NCBI RefSeq assembly: GCF_009834535.1
Contig: NC_045730.1
Coordinates: 26,040,001-26,104,000 of the forward strand
Source: Camelus ferus
Taxonomy: Eukaryota
Length of the DNA: 64,000 nucleotides
Reading direction: 5' to 3'
Shown: positions 10,731-23,809 of the stretch, one piece after another
How the letters are laid out: each line of letters starts with the position of its first letter
How positions within the stretch are numbered: position 1 is the stretch's first letter
Translations under genes and position numbers: made by a program
Notes under the pieces: generated by a model
What the model was told of the DNA's origin: nothing
The model's database searches: none
Seen by the model: the letters and a program-made list of their open reading frames with translations, nothing else

Positions 10731-13199
10731 TTTGAAAATTAGTAGGATGCCAAATCCTTTAAAAAATCTTATATGCAAATTACTTTTGAAGTAAAACAGG
10801 GTATTTTTTACCATCAAAGATGAGAGACATTTATACGTTGAATTCCTTGCTTGTTTTCTTTCTTCTATGGCCCCGAGAGTGTCACCAGCCTCTGTTTCCA
10901 GCCCACTGTGCAGACACCAAGGACGAGACTCTTAGGGGTCAAAACGTAACTCCCATGACTCCCCTTCCACGTTCAGAACCAACTTTGAACAAAGGCTGGG
11001 GCATCAGAGAGGCAGAGGTCTGAGCCGCCTCGTTACCGATAAAGCCAGTTGGAGAATGTGGCCCTTGATCTGGGGGCAAAAGGGCTTGTTGACATATCCC
11101 ACCTGGGTTGAGGGCTTCTGCACGTGATCCCTGGCGGCTGGCATCCTCAGGCCACCTCCAGGCAGACCCGACTGCGGGGCAGAGAGAGGACAAGCGCCTC
11201 CTGGAAGGGCGCACAGAACGTGCCGAGGTCAGCTTCCTCTGCTGACCCATTGGCTAGAAAGTCACTCATTGTGGCCGCAGCAGGAGGGTGGGTCCCGCTG
11301 AAATGCCTCCTTGTGGACGCTGCTCCCTCCGGCTGCAGGGCGAGGCGGCCAGACCCTGAACCGCAGCGCGCAGGAGAGGTTTGTGTAGAACCTCAGCCCC
11401 CCGGGGGCTGCGCTCCTCTCCGGGCCGCGTTTACTCCTCTGGTCCCAGCAGCCCTGCCTGTGCCTAGTGCCCTGAAGCTGTTAACAGCGCCCCTGGCACC
11501 TCAGGCCTGGAACCATGTGGGCGATGCACCATCACTTCTGGGCATGGCGCGCTCGAGGGACCGCGTCTCCCCGGACAGCCTGGCGGTGGCTCCTGCTTGT
11601 GCTGTTCTTGGAGCTCGAGCTCGAGATCGTTTTCCAGGCCGCCCATTCGGTGGAATTCCATCTCAGTGAGAACTGGAACTGTTCCCCAGGGTGAACAACA
11701 CCCACAGTGACCTCAGCCATGGGACACCACCGCTCCCCGAGCGACGTCAAAGGCCTTTCCAGATGGCGTGCGAGGTCCTCTGGACCAGCGTGTTTTCATT
11801 TCAGAGATGGTGATTTAAAGTGAGTTTCCTCCTTTCCAGGACCACAGCTGCAGCCTTTATGGACAGGTTTTGTCTTTTATGGCAGGGGGATTATGATGGT
11901 ATTAAGTCTCCGGATAGCACGGCATCCCGGGGGAGGGGGATATAAGAAATTAACTGACGAGTGGGGCAGAGCAGAGCCCAGGATGACTCTCTGGGTCCCT
12001 GGGAGAAGTGATGCCTGCAGCAGGGAGTGGGGAGAGGCCCGGCCCCGCCGGGGGCACACGGCTGCCCTCTGCGCAAACCACACGCTCACCAGCAGGACAG
12101 CACGTGCTCTCACACATTGCCCCTGGTGTCTGCAGGAAAACTCAAAAATGTCAGGGATGTGATCCAAGGTCATGGTTTGAGCTTCTTCAGTTAACTGATG
12201 AAAACTGGCTGGGCTCTGTCCGGAGCCATTTCTTTATCAGGGCTCCTAACTGAAGGGTTAGCTGGGGATCTGGGCGACTGTTCTTAGTGAGCCCTGGCTC
12301 GACCTGCGGTGCTTGCATGTTAGTTTCTACGCAGCATGTGAGAAGCCCTGGGTCTGCCATGAGAAGCCCTGTAACCCTGAGATGCTGGGGGACTGAGGTA
12401 AACAATAAGGGTTTGTGTCCCGCACCTTCCTTTAGAACCTACGACACCTTGCCATGCTGCGGAGGTGAGAAGAAAGGGCTTCGATATCAATGAGTTTACT
12501 TGTGTGTAATTATACATTTTAGAGCTGGAAGGCCCCTAAAGACGATGTATTCTAAGACTTCTTTTTACTGATGAGGAACAAGATCAGAGCTGCAAAGGAA
12601 GAACAGCCGTCAACCAAAGGAAGAGCGAGTGTGAACCGAGGTGGAAGTGGCGTGTTGTGCTGAGGAAACGCAGGAAATTCACTTCGGCTAAAGCCCAGTG
12701 TGTGAGGGGAAGAGGGTGGCAAGAGGTCAGTCATCAGAGATGCCCCAGAACCAAACCTGGGGCTGTGAAAGTGCCCGGATTCGGGAGTTTACACTGAAGG
12801 TGCCCGAGAGCAGGAGGGGGAGAGGTGAGAAGCTGCGGGAGTGGCAGCATCTGGGGCCGACTGAGCCCAGCTCCCCCGCTGGCCTCACCCCCCTTCGATG
12901 GCACAAAAGAACCCTTTAAAAAGAATGTGCCTGCAAGAGAAACAGAAGGTTGGACAGTAAGTTGTCATTGGACCAAAGCTTGTGAGAAATGTCTGGAACC
13001 TAGAAAGGAAGCAAAGCCTAGAAGCTGAGAGAGAACCCAGTGGTGGGGGAGGTTGGTCAGCTTTCACATTTAGGGAATGTGTTTTGGGAAAACATTTCCA
13101 CCTCTTTTCCTATTTCTCCAAATGGTTAAGATCACAGGCGTTGGAGCAAACAGCAGAGAAGCCATCTGCCCTAGTTAATCTAGTTAATCTTGTTTTTCA

Positions 13200-14720
13200 T
13201 CATAATGATAACCAAGGGTTACTAGATATTCAAGGAAGACCACCATCATGGCGAAAAAAAAAAAAAAGACAAACCCAGTATGAAGAAAACAGAAATGATT
13301 CAGGCAACAGAAGAGAACTGCAAAAAAAGTGAATTGTTGAGCATTTATTATGTGCCAGACATTTTCAAGAGCTCTTCAGGAATTAACTCACTCAGTTCTC
13401 AACAACTCTAAGAGATATGGACTATGACTAACCCCACTCTTTAAATGGGGAAGCTGAACAGCAGGGAGGCTAGGCAGTTTGCCCAAAGTCACACAACTAA
13501 ACAGTGGTGGAGGACATTCAAACACGGGCTGTTTGCCCTAAAGCCTGTGATCCTAACCATTTGGAGAAATAGCAAAAGCTAATTTCCAAGAAGTGAGGAC
13601 AGTACCCACCCTGCAGAATGAAGGAAGCTGCAAGTACTAGCCTCTGTGAGTAAGACCAGAGCTGGGGACCACGTGGTCACAGCACAGGTTTTCAGAAAAG
13701 AGGGAAGCAACTTACCCGCAGAGTAACAGGGGTCCTGCTGGCTCAGAGCTCCCACTCGCGGGGATGCGGAGCCTTTCTCCAGAGTGGGGCCAGCTGGTGA
13801 CCGAGCACGTCTCCTTCCTCACCTCACTTTGTGCTCAACCCTGAATGCCTCACGCAGAAAAACAGCATTCAAGCTTATAGGGGACAGTAAAGACCAGTTA
13901 GACATACAGTGATTCGGGATTGACTGACCAGCTCTGAAAGAATTATGAGACAATAGCACTGAAATGAAAAATAAATCTACAAAATGATGGTGATTATCAC
14001 AGTGATCAAGGAAGCACACAGAAAGTGAAACAGTATGAAGTATTGCTCATGACCCATAATATAAAGTCACAATCTAGAACCAAGACCAAGGACACTTGTC
14101 GAGGGAGGAGCAGCGAGGAGTTGGTGAGTAGGGCAACACATGAAGGCTCCTTCTTGTTTCTGGAGAGAATACAGAAATCAACATACTTAGGTTTGTGTGT
14201 AAAAAAAATCTGAGAGCAACTATTTCAGAATTAGCATTAGGATGTCTCACTTCTGGAACACTGGAGAAGGGAAATGGAATAAAGACAAGTTGATCAATAC
14301 TACCAAAGTCTAGAAAGTAAAAGAAAGAAAAACAAAAATGAAAAAGGAGGAGTCCATAGAAACCAACAGGAAGGAACATTAAATAATAAGTAAGATGGCA
14401 GAATTGTGTTCAAACATAATAATGACTGTGAATGAATTTAGTTCTCTCCTTGAAAAATGGTCACTCTTTGAGAATAAACAAGGAAATAAACCCCCACAAA
14501 CCTCTGTAATAGAACACATTTGAAAATAATAATGAAAATGTTTTCCCCTAAAACTATACGCCAATCTCATGAACAAATCTAAATGCAGCAAGCTAGAAAT
14601 TGAATCCTAATTTATTAAAAGAAAATCCTTCCTTGATAATGATGTACTGGTCTCAGGAACACAAGGATGGTTCAACACCAGGAAATATACTGTTGTAACC
14701 AACTGCAGTAAAAAGATAAA
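13200..14720 (+). mobile_element. Old degenerate L1 (L1M/HAL1-like) segments, interrupted by a MIR
   Basis: A-rich strand bias with L1-like motifs (ctagatattcaaggaagaccaccatcatgg; aaggatggttcaacaccaggaaat). Confidence 0.5.
13331..13550 (-). mobile_element. MIR SINE
   Basis: ttgagcatttattatgtgccag...aaatggggaagctga...tttgcccaaagtcacacaact is the reverse complement of the MIR core and tail. Confidence 0.78.
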
Positions 14721-14754
14721 AGCATCGCGTCGATCACGCCAGTTACGTTTTCCG

Positions 14755-14960
14755 CACTGCAGCACTTTCTTGCTGAGTTATAGGAGTTCTTTATATACTC
14801 TGGGTAGTAATCCTCCTTCTGACTCATATTGCAAGTATTTTATCTGTTTGATAATGTCCTATATTTTGAATGTTATTCTTTCAGGACAGTAAATCTCTCA
14901 TTTTCTGGGTTTTTGTATCTTGTTGAAGATAGGTTTTCCTTTGTGCAGGGTTTTTAAAAA
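14755..14960 (-). mobile_element. Old L1 ORF2-region fragment
   Basis: ctgagttataggagttctttatatactctgg...ttgcaagtatttt is a typical antisense L1M sequence. Confidence 0.55.
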
Positions 14961-15029
14961 ATTTCTCCTATGTTTGTTCCTACTGCCTGTATAATTTTGT
15001 TTTGCTACATTGCTGTTTGTAACAGCCAA

Positions 15030-15400
15030 ATACTAGGAAAAACGGAATGCTGGTGAAATCCTGATGCTTTCATACGATGGGATACGCAGCTCGAGTTCAA
15101 ATGAATAGACAGAGTTACAGGAATGTGATGTGGAAAGAATGCCAAGGTACGTGAACTGGAAAAAGCAAATCACAGGATGGAATGGAATGACTGCACGAAC
15201 GTAAAATGATGTATTTGTAGAATACAAATGCGCAGAGAATGTCGAAAACGCTACACACCCATGCACAGCAAAACGTGGTTACCTCTGGGAAGGGGAATTC
15301 GGTAGGTTTTTCCTCCGACTATTGTGTATTACTTGACATCAAGAAGATAACGTTAGAAGGAAGGGTAAGAAGAGGGAGAAATGAAGACATCTGTCCTGGA
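15030..15400 (+). mobile_element. Old L1 3' UTR (L1ME/L1MC-like)
   Basis: gtgaactggaaaaagcaaatcacagg...gtggttacctctgggaagggg pattern. Confidence 0.5.
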
Positions 15401-16379
15401 GGAACCGCACGCACGTTATCAGCAGCAGGAGGCGGGGAGCAAGGATGCGGTGTGGTCCAGGCACATGCCTGTCCGAGACTCAGCCCGCGTGACCACGAGA
15501 GCCCGAGCTGCTGCACCGTCATGTGCAGCTCACGAACACGGTCAGCCCTGGGGAGTCAGCGCAGGGCAGGAACCTGAGCACCGGTGAGAGAGACCTGGTT
15601 CAGAAGACCCGGGTTCACATCCTGACTCTCCCTTCTGAATCTCTTCCTTTTTGAGGAGCGGGACGTTGATGCGTGTCTTACTGGGGCTGGAAGGTCAGTG
15701 CGAAGCGTTTTCTGGTGTAATGCCCAGTTACTCTGTCTTCTTTTGGATTATAAAATGGAAGTTTCAAAGATTATGGTTCTGAGGTTTTATGGATCTTTTG
15801 AGGCTGGGGACGGTGGTGGGAGGAAATTCTTTTTAGTCATTTCCGTCAGGTACACGAAGAGCGTTTACTATGGAAGCCTCTCACTGAGGTCTGCTAGATT
15901 AGGTTAATTATTTGCTGTGGATTAAACTGGATGTTAATTATGGGCTCAAATAAGATCCTGGTGTGTTCATCCAACGCCATGTTAAGACTTTCCTTTTTTC
16001 TAATGGCTCTGATAGAAAAAGGGGAAGGTTATTCTTGGAGCTTGAAAACGGCAGAAATAGCCACAGCTGGTTTAATTACGAGAGGAAGAGATCAGAGGGA
16101 AGAAAAGAGAGGAGGTATATGATCCCATGATATGCTAATTAGAAATTTTCATATATGTTGATTTGCAAAGTACTGGTGGATACGTCGCAGGCACTTTTGC
16201 AAAGACCCTGAAGAGGAAAATTGCACTTTTTTTTTTTTTTTTTTGAGTTTCTACTTTCTCTGAAGGTAGCAACTTTTCAAACCACACTAGTCAGGGTGAA
16301 ACAATGACTTTCTGCAGTTGTCCTGCAGCCAGGCCTTTGCAATCACGGCGACTGAAGTGAAAGTGCTGATTAAGGGCTT

Positions 16380-17100
16380 GGCAGGAGGGTGACATGCGCG
16401 GAATCCTAATGGGGAGGTGGCAGCGACTCAGCCTTTGGGTCGTTTTCTTTGGCGACGGTCGTTAGCAGGTGACAGGGCTGTGGAGGAGGGAAGGGGGTGA
16501 CCCCAATTATGTTTCGTGGTGCTTGCTTGTCTCTGCAGTTCCACGCCTTACGTACGTAAGTTTGCTTTTTACTGTAGTTATTTGCATATCTGTCTTGCCA
16601 CCAAGATTCGGAGCTGTGTGAAGGCAGGAGCTAGACGCGGGCCATCAGGTGGTTTCACGACCCCGGCACAGTGCACTGCAGGAAGAGCTGCTGGACAAAG
16701 GCTGGCTAGACTGCATTTCAGCGGCCCGGTGCCGTGTCAGTTTACTCCACAGATTCTGGCCTCAGCAGTTGGCGGTAAACCCCGGCGCGGGTGTGGGGCG
16801 GGCTTGGTGCCTGGCCCGAGGGAGCTGGAAACGAGCTCCTCTTTAGATCTGTTGACTGATGTTGCAGTTGGCAGAGCGGCTTGCCTGCACTTCCGGTCGG
16901 GAGCGGAGGTTGAGTGGTGCCCCAGTCAGTCTGGTGGTTAAAACCCCCCAGGAGGAGGAGTCAGAGGGGCCGAGGTCAGCTCTGGGCTTGGCCGACTCTG
17001 AGCTGCACACCTCTCGGTGACGGTAGGTGCTGCTTTCCGGCTACGTCCAAGCTCAGGATGCTTTCGAACCCCCGTGAGTCTTACCTGCTCTCCCAGGGGA
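16380..17100. promoter_or_regulatory. CpG-rich promoter/enhancer-like patch with octamer and ETS motifs
   Basis: ATTTGCAT at 16580-16587, ACTTCCGG at 16889-16896, many CpGs, and a consensus donor GTAAGT at 16556. Confidence 0.4.
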
Positions 17101-17522
17101 GGTGGACTGAGGTCACTGCGCCGTGTTCCGTGGAGGGACCGCTTCTGCTCTTCACCTTGGCAGCAAGGTGGCCTCTGAGCCCTTGATGAGCTTGGGCCAA
17201 ATGGTCTGCAGGTCTGTTTTCTCTGTTAACCAGTCAGCTGCGGAGCTAGGACCCACGGCACAGATTAGATTCGGAGGCTTGGTCGTCCGTCCGTGCCTGA
17301 TTAATTTCTTTTGCTCTGGTACTAGTCCAGAGGCAGAGCATTTCGGTTGGTAGAAACGTTAGCTGCCGCCTTCACTGGGGCTGACTGACTGCTGACTGAG
17401 TAGAAGGCATTTCTCTGGCCCCCAGTGAGTGGGAACTCCCCTCAGACACCCCCACTGGAAGTATAAGCTTTGTTAGACTCCAGTTGGATGGACACGATCA
17501 GGTTTCTTCTTGTTTCTCCTCC

Positions 17523-17600
17523 CTTTTTAAAATCATATACATTTCTTTAGTATGGTCAGTTACAATGTGTCAGTTTCTGGTGTCCAGCAGCATGTCTTAA
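17523..17600 (-). mobile_element. Short L1 3' tail fragment
   Basis: tttagtatggtcagttacaatgtgtcagtttctggtgtccagca, the same tail type as 34792 and 21845. Confidence 0.5.
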
Positions 17601-19479
17601 CTGTTCTCAACAGCTTTTTCAGAATCTTTGTCTCCCCCTCTCCCCTCAGTGAGCCAGGAGGCCTGGTGACACAGCACTGGCTTTGAGTCGGGGGATGGGG
17701 TTGAAGGCTGCTCCCATTTCTTCTGCAGCCAATACTTTAATACACAGCTCAGAAAATAACACGTCAGCCCAGATTTCCTCTCTCAGCGCTGGATAACGTC
17801 TCAGAACCCGTGGAGGCGCTCGTAACGGCAGGGCATTATCTGTGATTGGTCCCTACTCGCCTCCCCACCATGCGAGCTCATTTCCTCTTCCTTTTCCTCT
17901 GCTGGAGTGGTCATGTTTCCTGCTTGCCTGCAAGGCGTCCTTTAGGGCAGGGATCAAATCTTTGTCCTTGTGTTTGAGCTCTGCACTATGAGAGAGCGAG
18001 GTAACCAAATAACAGGACTGGATTTCCTGTTAACCTTTAAAAGTTGGGACAAAACAATGAAAAGCCTCATTCAACCCGCTTTTCCCCTAAATGACAAGTT
18101 GCCTAATAGCTCTGTTATCTATCAAGCATCTATTCGCCTGGCGAGCTGCTCTGTTGTCTGCTGCGGGCGCCGAAGCCAGAGGTGCTGGAAGGGATGGTCA
18201 CTACTTTATGTGAAGAAGTAAACATGAAATCTAAACTGGGGTCAACGTATAATAATCATAGCTAACATTCGACAGGTGACTGTGAACGGGGCGCTGGCTG
18301 ATCCCCTCGTGTGAGACAGCACATGTAACCCCGGGAGTGTCCCTGTGAGGCAGGGCCGTCGTGACTGATTTGCAGTTGAGGCAACTCTGGGTGAGAGAGT
18401 GAAGTTACTTGACCTGAGGGTCCACAGACAAAGGGGTACCTGAGCGGGAGTCTCCTTGCTCTGGGCGCACACAGCAAGCCTCTCGCTACGTCACGTTTCC
18501 AGGTAGACCGCGAGTGGCTGAAATTTACCCCTGGTGGCTGTTAATGGCTTAACACTCGCTGCCGGGGCACGTTCTCTCGGCAGACGCGGCTGGTATAAGG
18601 ATTATTCTTCTCATCTTCACGGTAGCTTTTATTTTGACTCTAGAATGTTCGCAAATACATGTGCTTCAGTCAAGGGCTGGGTGATTGTTTTAGCAGAAAA
18701 GGGTATGTCGCTTCATGGAAGGAGGGCAGGGATTTGACGCTGGTCTTGAAGAATGGGCAGGATTTGGAATAATTAAAAGGGGAGATGAGGGTGAGTTGAG
18801 GTGCCTGCTGCCACATCAGGATGGTCTGGGCAAACTGAGTCTTTCAACATCCTCTTCAAAAGACAGAACGTAGTTTCCTTAAGGGATGGAAAGCGTTGTT
18901 CATTTGGCCCATCGCAATGCATTTACTGTAATTTTTATTTGTGGCCCTTTTCAGTGCCACTTAGGAACGCCGGTGGGGGAGTCCATGACGGAGTCAACCT
19001 GGCAGACAGGGCGGGTCGTGAGTGGGCTGTGACCCCCGGGGCAGGAGGACTGTCCCAAATCCTGCATGGCAGGAGCCAGAGGCAGACCTGCAGGGGAAGC
19101 TCTACCTGCCTCGACAGGTGCTGAGAGTCATGGTCATGCTGAAATATGTCCTCAACACGGTTGTGGACAGATAGTTTGTCTCCCAGCTGCTCGAATAAAG
19201 CACAGCATTTAACACCAAGTTGGGCATCTTGGCCCGCCCCCACCAGGATCGAACAATGAAGGCGAGTCCCCAGATCGGAGAGTTCAAATTCTGGAAGCCG
19301 AAATCTGGCACGCGTCCACCACGTGCGACATAAAACCATGGCACTGACCTAAGTGGACTCTTTGGAATCTAAGTATACTGGGAAAGTATTGAAGTATTTG
19401 GTTCTCACAACTCTCTTTCGGTTAAAAAATATGCAGCTCTCTTAAGGAACTGCAGTGTAGTTCACTGTTTCTAGACCCT

Positions 19480-19900
19480 GGCTGCACACTCGATTCAACC
19501 GGAGAGAGGAGAAGGCCGATTGCCAGGCCCCGGCCCGGACCTGCGAAGACTCTCTGGCTGTGAGCTGGCTCCGGGGCTGCAGACGCGCCGGGGCTACTCC
19601 GACTGCGGAGCCAGGGTCGGCGCTTGGGAATTAGGGGGCCTCTGGGAGGGCAGCGCAGTGCGGAGGGAGCACGAAGGCGGCCCCTCGTCCTGGGGCCCGG
19701 AACGCCTCTGAGCAAGGGGCAAACGGACCGGGAGCACCCCCCACGCTCGTTACACCTCCTCACCTGGCTTTCACTGCCCGCCCGCAGTGAAACCTATAAT
19801 TGATGGACTTCTTTGAAGGTGACTCTGTGAATAATGCATATCCGTCCCCCGCCCATCAAGTGACTTCGTCATTCTGAGCGGGTAGGGCCAACGTGAATAG
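19480..19900. promoter_or_regulatory. CpG-rich patch
   Basis: High CpG/GC density, no repeat recognised. Confidence 0.35.
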
Positions 19901-20774
19901 CCGGACTCGAGCTCCTGCTGGACTTGAAGGAGGCCACCCTTCTGTTCACAGTTACCTTATGTCATTGGAAAAGGGCTTCTCCCGGATTCACAACAGACGT
20001 TGGCTTGACACATTACGTTACCTTACCCATGTGCTGCTGTGCTGGTGAGAAAAAACAGTCTCTTTTGAAACTGGCTGGAATGATATTCATTCCCCCCCAA
20101 GATAAATAGCTTCTTCTGAACGTGTTCATTTTTCAAAGACCAGTCAGCATCAAGGCGCGTGCCCCTGACCTTTAGGTTTGTGGTGTTTGCAGAGTGAGGT
20201 GGAGTGGGTGAAGGCAAATCAGAGAAGGCTGTGCCCCAGGACCGACCTCCCCTTGGTCGGAGGAGCTCTCCCATTGTTGCTACCAGGGTTCCCTCTGCTA
20301 GAACCTTGGCCTTGAACCTGATCCTGGTGTAGCGAGGTGAAGCTTGGAGGCAGAGCTATTTTTACCTTTACCTCCAGCGCATGTGGAGAACAAGTGCTGG
20401 CTGCAAAGACGCAGGGGAGGCGAGGGCTGGTCTTTGTTCTTCGTCCACAGCGTTCGCTCCGATGGCATTGCCCACCCCAGGTGAGGGGCCAGGCTGGGGA
20501 GGTGTGTGTGCACGCTGGACAGACGTGCCACTGCCCCCGGCAGCGACGCTACTCCCACCTGTGCAAACGCCGACCTCCGCCGCCACCCTTTGCAGGTGTG
20601 GTCACTCCTGCCATTCTTGTCCTGTTCAGGCAGCTAGGAATTCATCACCAGGGCCAAAGGAAATCACAAAGACATAACACCCCCCACCGTGCTTGTCCCC
20701 ACACAGTGAGGCAACGGTGGCCCCACGGCTGGAACCCTGTCCTAACCCTATTTCTACTCCTAAAACCCAATGTG

Positions 20775-20930
20775 GACAATGAGGACAGCTGGACTTACGC
20801 TGGTGGTCATTCTGTACAGAAGTATTCAATCACTGTGCTGTGTACCCAGAGCTGACACAGTGTTGTAGTCAATTATACCTCAATAAAAAGACAAACAAAA
20901 CACAGAAAGAGAAAAAGAAATAAGAAAATA
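20775..20930 (+). mobile_element. L1 3' terminus with A-rich tail
   Basis: tcactgtgctgtgtacccagagctgacacagtgttgtagtcaattatacctcaataaaaag followed by an A-rich tail. Confidence 0.65.
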
Positions 20931-21444
20931 GAAGAAAATTGAAAAGCATAAAATACTCTTCCCATCAGATTAAAAAAATTCCTTCTATCCCTAGTTTGCA
21001 AAAGCTTTTATCATGATGTTTATTATTAAGTGGACCTTATGTAAATTTGAATAAAAAGAAGAGATGACAGAAAACCATATAATCATTGTGTTTCCAACTA
21101 CATAAAAGTCTGTGCATGCTCTTAACATACACACAAAGCGTGGAAACACTTACAAGCAAACACCGAGCTATCAGCGCAGATGACGGAGCTTGAGGCCGCC
21201 ACCCCCAGGAGGTGAGCAGGATCCACAGACAAAGCGGTCCCGACTGAGGTCCAGCGCTCGGGCTGGGAGAAGGCTGAGACGCGGGGGGAGGCGACTTGGA
21301 ACATTTAGGAAACTGAGGTGATCTTTGCTGAAGAAGTCGGTGGGAAATACTCCTCAGACGTCCGTGGGAGCAGCAGCAGAGAGTCCGAGTCTCTCTCAAG
21401 ACAAGGGAAGGCCCACCTGCTTTGTTCCTCCCACCAGAAGGCAG

Positions 21445-21575
21445 ATCCATCACTTTTATCTGAAACTGAGCCTCAGTAAGTCTCTTTTTATAATTTCCTC
21501 ACCTGTTAGGATCGTAGTATTTCACAGGTCATGTTGTCGTTGTGAGGATCAAAGGGACCATATAAATGCTGGCTT
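21445..21575 (+). mobile_element. MIR fragment
   Basis: tttcctcacctgt...ttgtgaggatcaaagggaccatataaatgct. Confidence 0.5.
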
Positions 21576-21844
21576 TTGTTCTTCCACTAAAACTGTTGAA
21601 TAAATAGATCCTTTTGCCTTTTTTTTAATGAGCCAAGGCACAACCAGAGGTGGGGCGAGATGACGGCACTGCACAGACACTCAGTTCCCTCCCGTCACAG
21701 GAGAGGCCCCGGGACAACGCTGCACGCTGACCGCACCACACAGCCCGCGTTCCAGTCTGCTTCACAGCCAGCATCGCTTGCCCAACTCTCGTAGGCCAGG
21801 CTCTGCTGACACATCTGGTAGACCCCTGCTCCACACAGGGGCTC

Positions 21845-22118
21845 TTTTTTCTTTTTAATTGAAATAGAGTCAGTTACAGGGTGTCACTTTGTGGTGGGCA
21901 GCATCGTGTCCCAGTCACACATACACATACATGCATTTGTTTTCATTTTCTTTTTCATTATAAGTTACTACAAGATATTGAATATAGTTCCCTGTGCTAG
22001 ACAGAAGAAGCTTGTTGTTTATCTGTTTTATACGTAGTAGTCAGTTTCTGCAAATCTTGAGCTCCCCGTTTATCCCTCCCCACCCTCTCCCCCCAGTGAC
22101 CATAAGTTTGTTTTCCAG
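21845..22118 (-). mobile_element. Young 5'-truncated L1 3' end
   Basis: poly-T, then aattgaaatagagtcagttaca...ttactacaagatattgaatatagttccctgtgcta...accataagtttgttttc. Confidence 0.85.
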
Positions 22119-23765
22119 GAGCCGTTGATATTTCTAAAGCTTATAGCCTGTAAAGAGATTTTTTTTTTTTTTGCCTTCTTGCCTTTTAACTCTGAATCCA
22201 TAGTGAAATTTTAAGCATTTATCTCTTTTCTCGTTAAACCATGACCTGGTCAGAAGCACCGAGATCTTACCTCGTGGGGAAAGCTTGTGCAGCCCTGAGA
22301 TTTCTGGAGCGCGGCAGCCCCGACTTCCTCCCGACCTGCTGGATGGTCTCGGGAGCCCACTCCGCCTTTGGCAGGAAACAGGCAGAAGGTCATCCAGGAG
22401 ACCTTCCTGCATCCTGGTCTGGGATTCTCCTTAAGTCCGGAATTCCAGAAAAAAAAAATCAGAGTATCTTGTTTCTGTACAGACAGCGCCTAGTTTCACA
22501 GACTGAGCGGTATTGTTCCCTTTTCTCTCCAAGATACTGAGTGATCATCTGAACACGTTAGCAGGAGGGCAGGCCTGGCCAGGGGCTTGGATCTTTCTGG
22601 CAGAGGCTGAAGCTGGCCTCTCTGCAGGCTGGAGTTGTGAGTAATCTGAGTTCTTCCCAGAGCAGCTGGGGGCTGATTCTGCCACTGGTGAGTCCGCCTC
22701 ACCGGGGCGATGACTTCCTGTGCGGTCAGCGTGGCGGGGGCGGGAGGCCGCTGAGCGCTGGCCACAGTCCTGTTCCTGGGAGCTGAGGTGCCGTCTTGGG
22801 AGAGAGGTGGAGTGAACCCACCAGTGGAGAGTCATGAGCAGAGGAGAGGACTGTGGCTCGGTCAGTGTCTTACCTGAAGCTTTGAACTCAGATGGTGTAC
22901 TAGGCCCCTTCGCTCTCTTTTCAAAAAGCATTTTTTTGCAAGAACTGTCAGAAGATCGTGGTGGGAGAGGAGAGTGAGGACAGGCCTTGGCGAGCAGGTG
23001 ACGCTCTTGGGCTCCTGGCCCATCACACCTGCCAGCTGGTCACGCCGAGGAGAAGCTTTGCTGCTAAGATACTGGAGGCAGGGAGCTGCTTGCCTTGCCC
23101 ATTAGCCCTGTGCACACAGCCTTCTGCCTTTGTTTTTCTTTTTCTTTTTTGACCATTGGTCTGACATGGCATGAGAAGGGACCAGGGGGTGTGGGAAGAG
23201 GAATTAATTACCAGATTTGAACAGAAATGGGGCCATCCGTCTTCTATCAGACCAACAAGGCTGCTGCGTGTGCTGTCGGCCCCTGGGCAGTGTGGTCCAC
23301 GGCCCGTCCGGGAGACGCAGACGCCCGGAAGTGGCGGCTCACCGTGGTGCAGCATCTGGGCTCTCCTGGGGTCCCTGGGCTGGCAGCTGTGGTGCTGTCT
23401 TAACGGACCATGGAAGTCAGAATCCTCAACTCCTTGAGCTGTGTCCAATTTCCCTTAAGAAGAGAGACAGCCTGAGGCAAAGCACCACAGGCTTCAGGAG
23501 GAAGCAGCTAAGTGGGCGGGGGGATCATTGCATCGGGAAGGAGACGGAGGAGCCGCCACTTCCCTGCCCGAGCCACCGGGGGCTGTGTCAGCGTGAGGGA
23601 GGGGACACGAGCCTGTTGTCTCCGAGGAGCTAGCCAAAAAGCCTTCTTCTTTTGCCTCAAATATCCTAAAAATGAAGTCAATGACGAGCTGAGGAGAGAA
23701 TGAGGGTTTGAGAAGAGATGCCCGTCTGCACTGGATGGTCAAGTTAATTATCCGCTTGACTTTGA

Positions 23766-23768
<3 letters not shown>

Positions 23769-23806
<38 letters not shown>
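23769..23806. repeat. (TG)19 microsatellite
   Basis: Perfect TG run followed by tttcag. Confidence 0.97.

Positions 23807-23809
<3 letters not shown>

Noticed and set aside
18935-19339. Minus-strand ORF with a plausible-looking core (LFEQLGDKLSVHNRVEDIFQHDHDSQHLSRQVELPLQ)
   Set aside because: Weak donor, no clear acceptor and not recognised; cannot be supported without a homology search.
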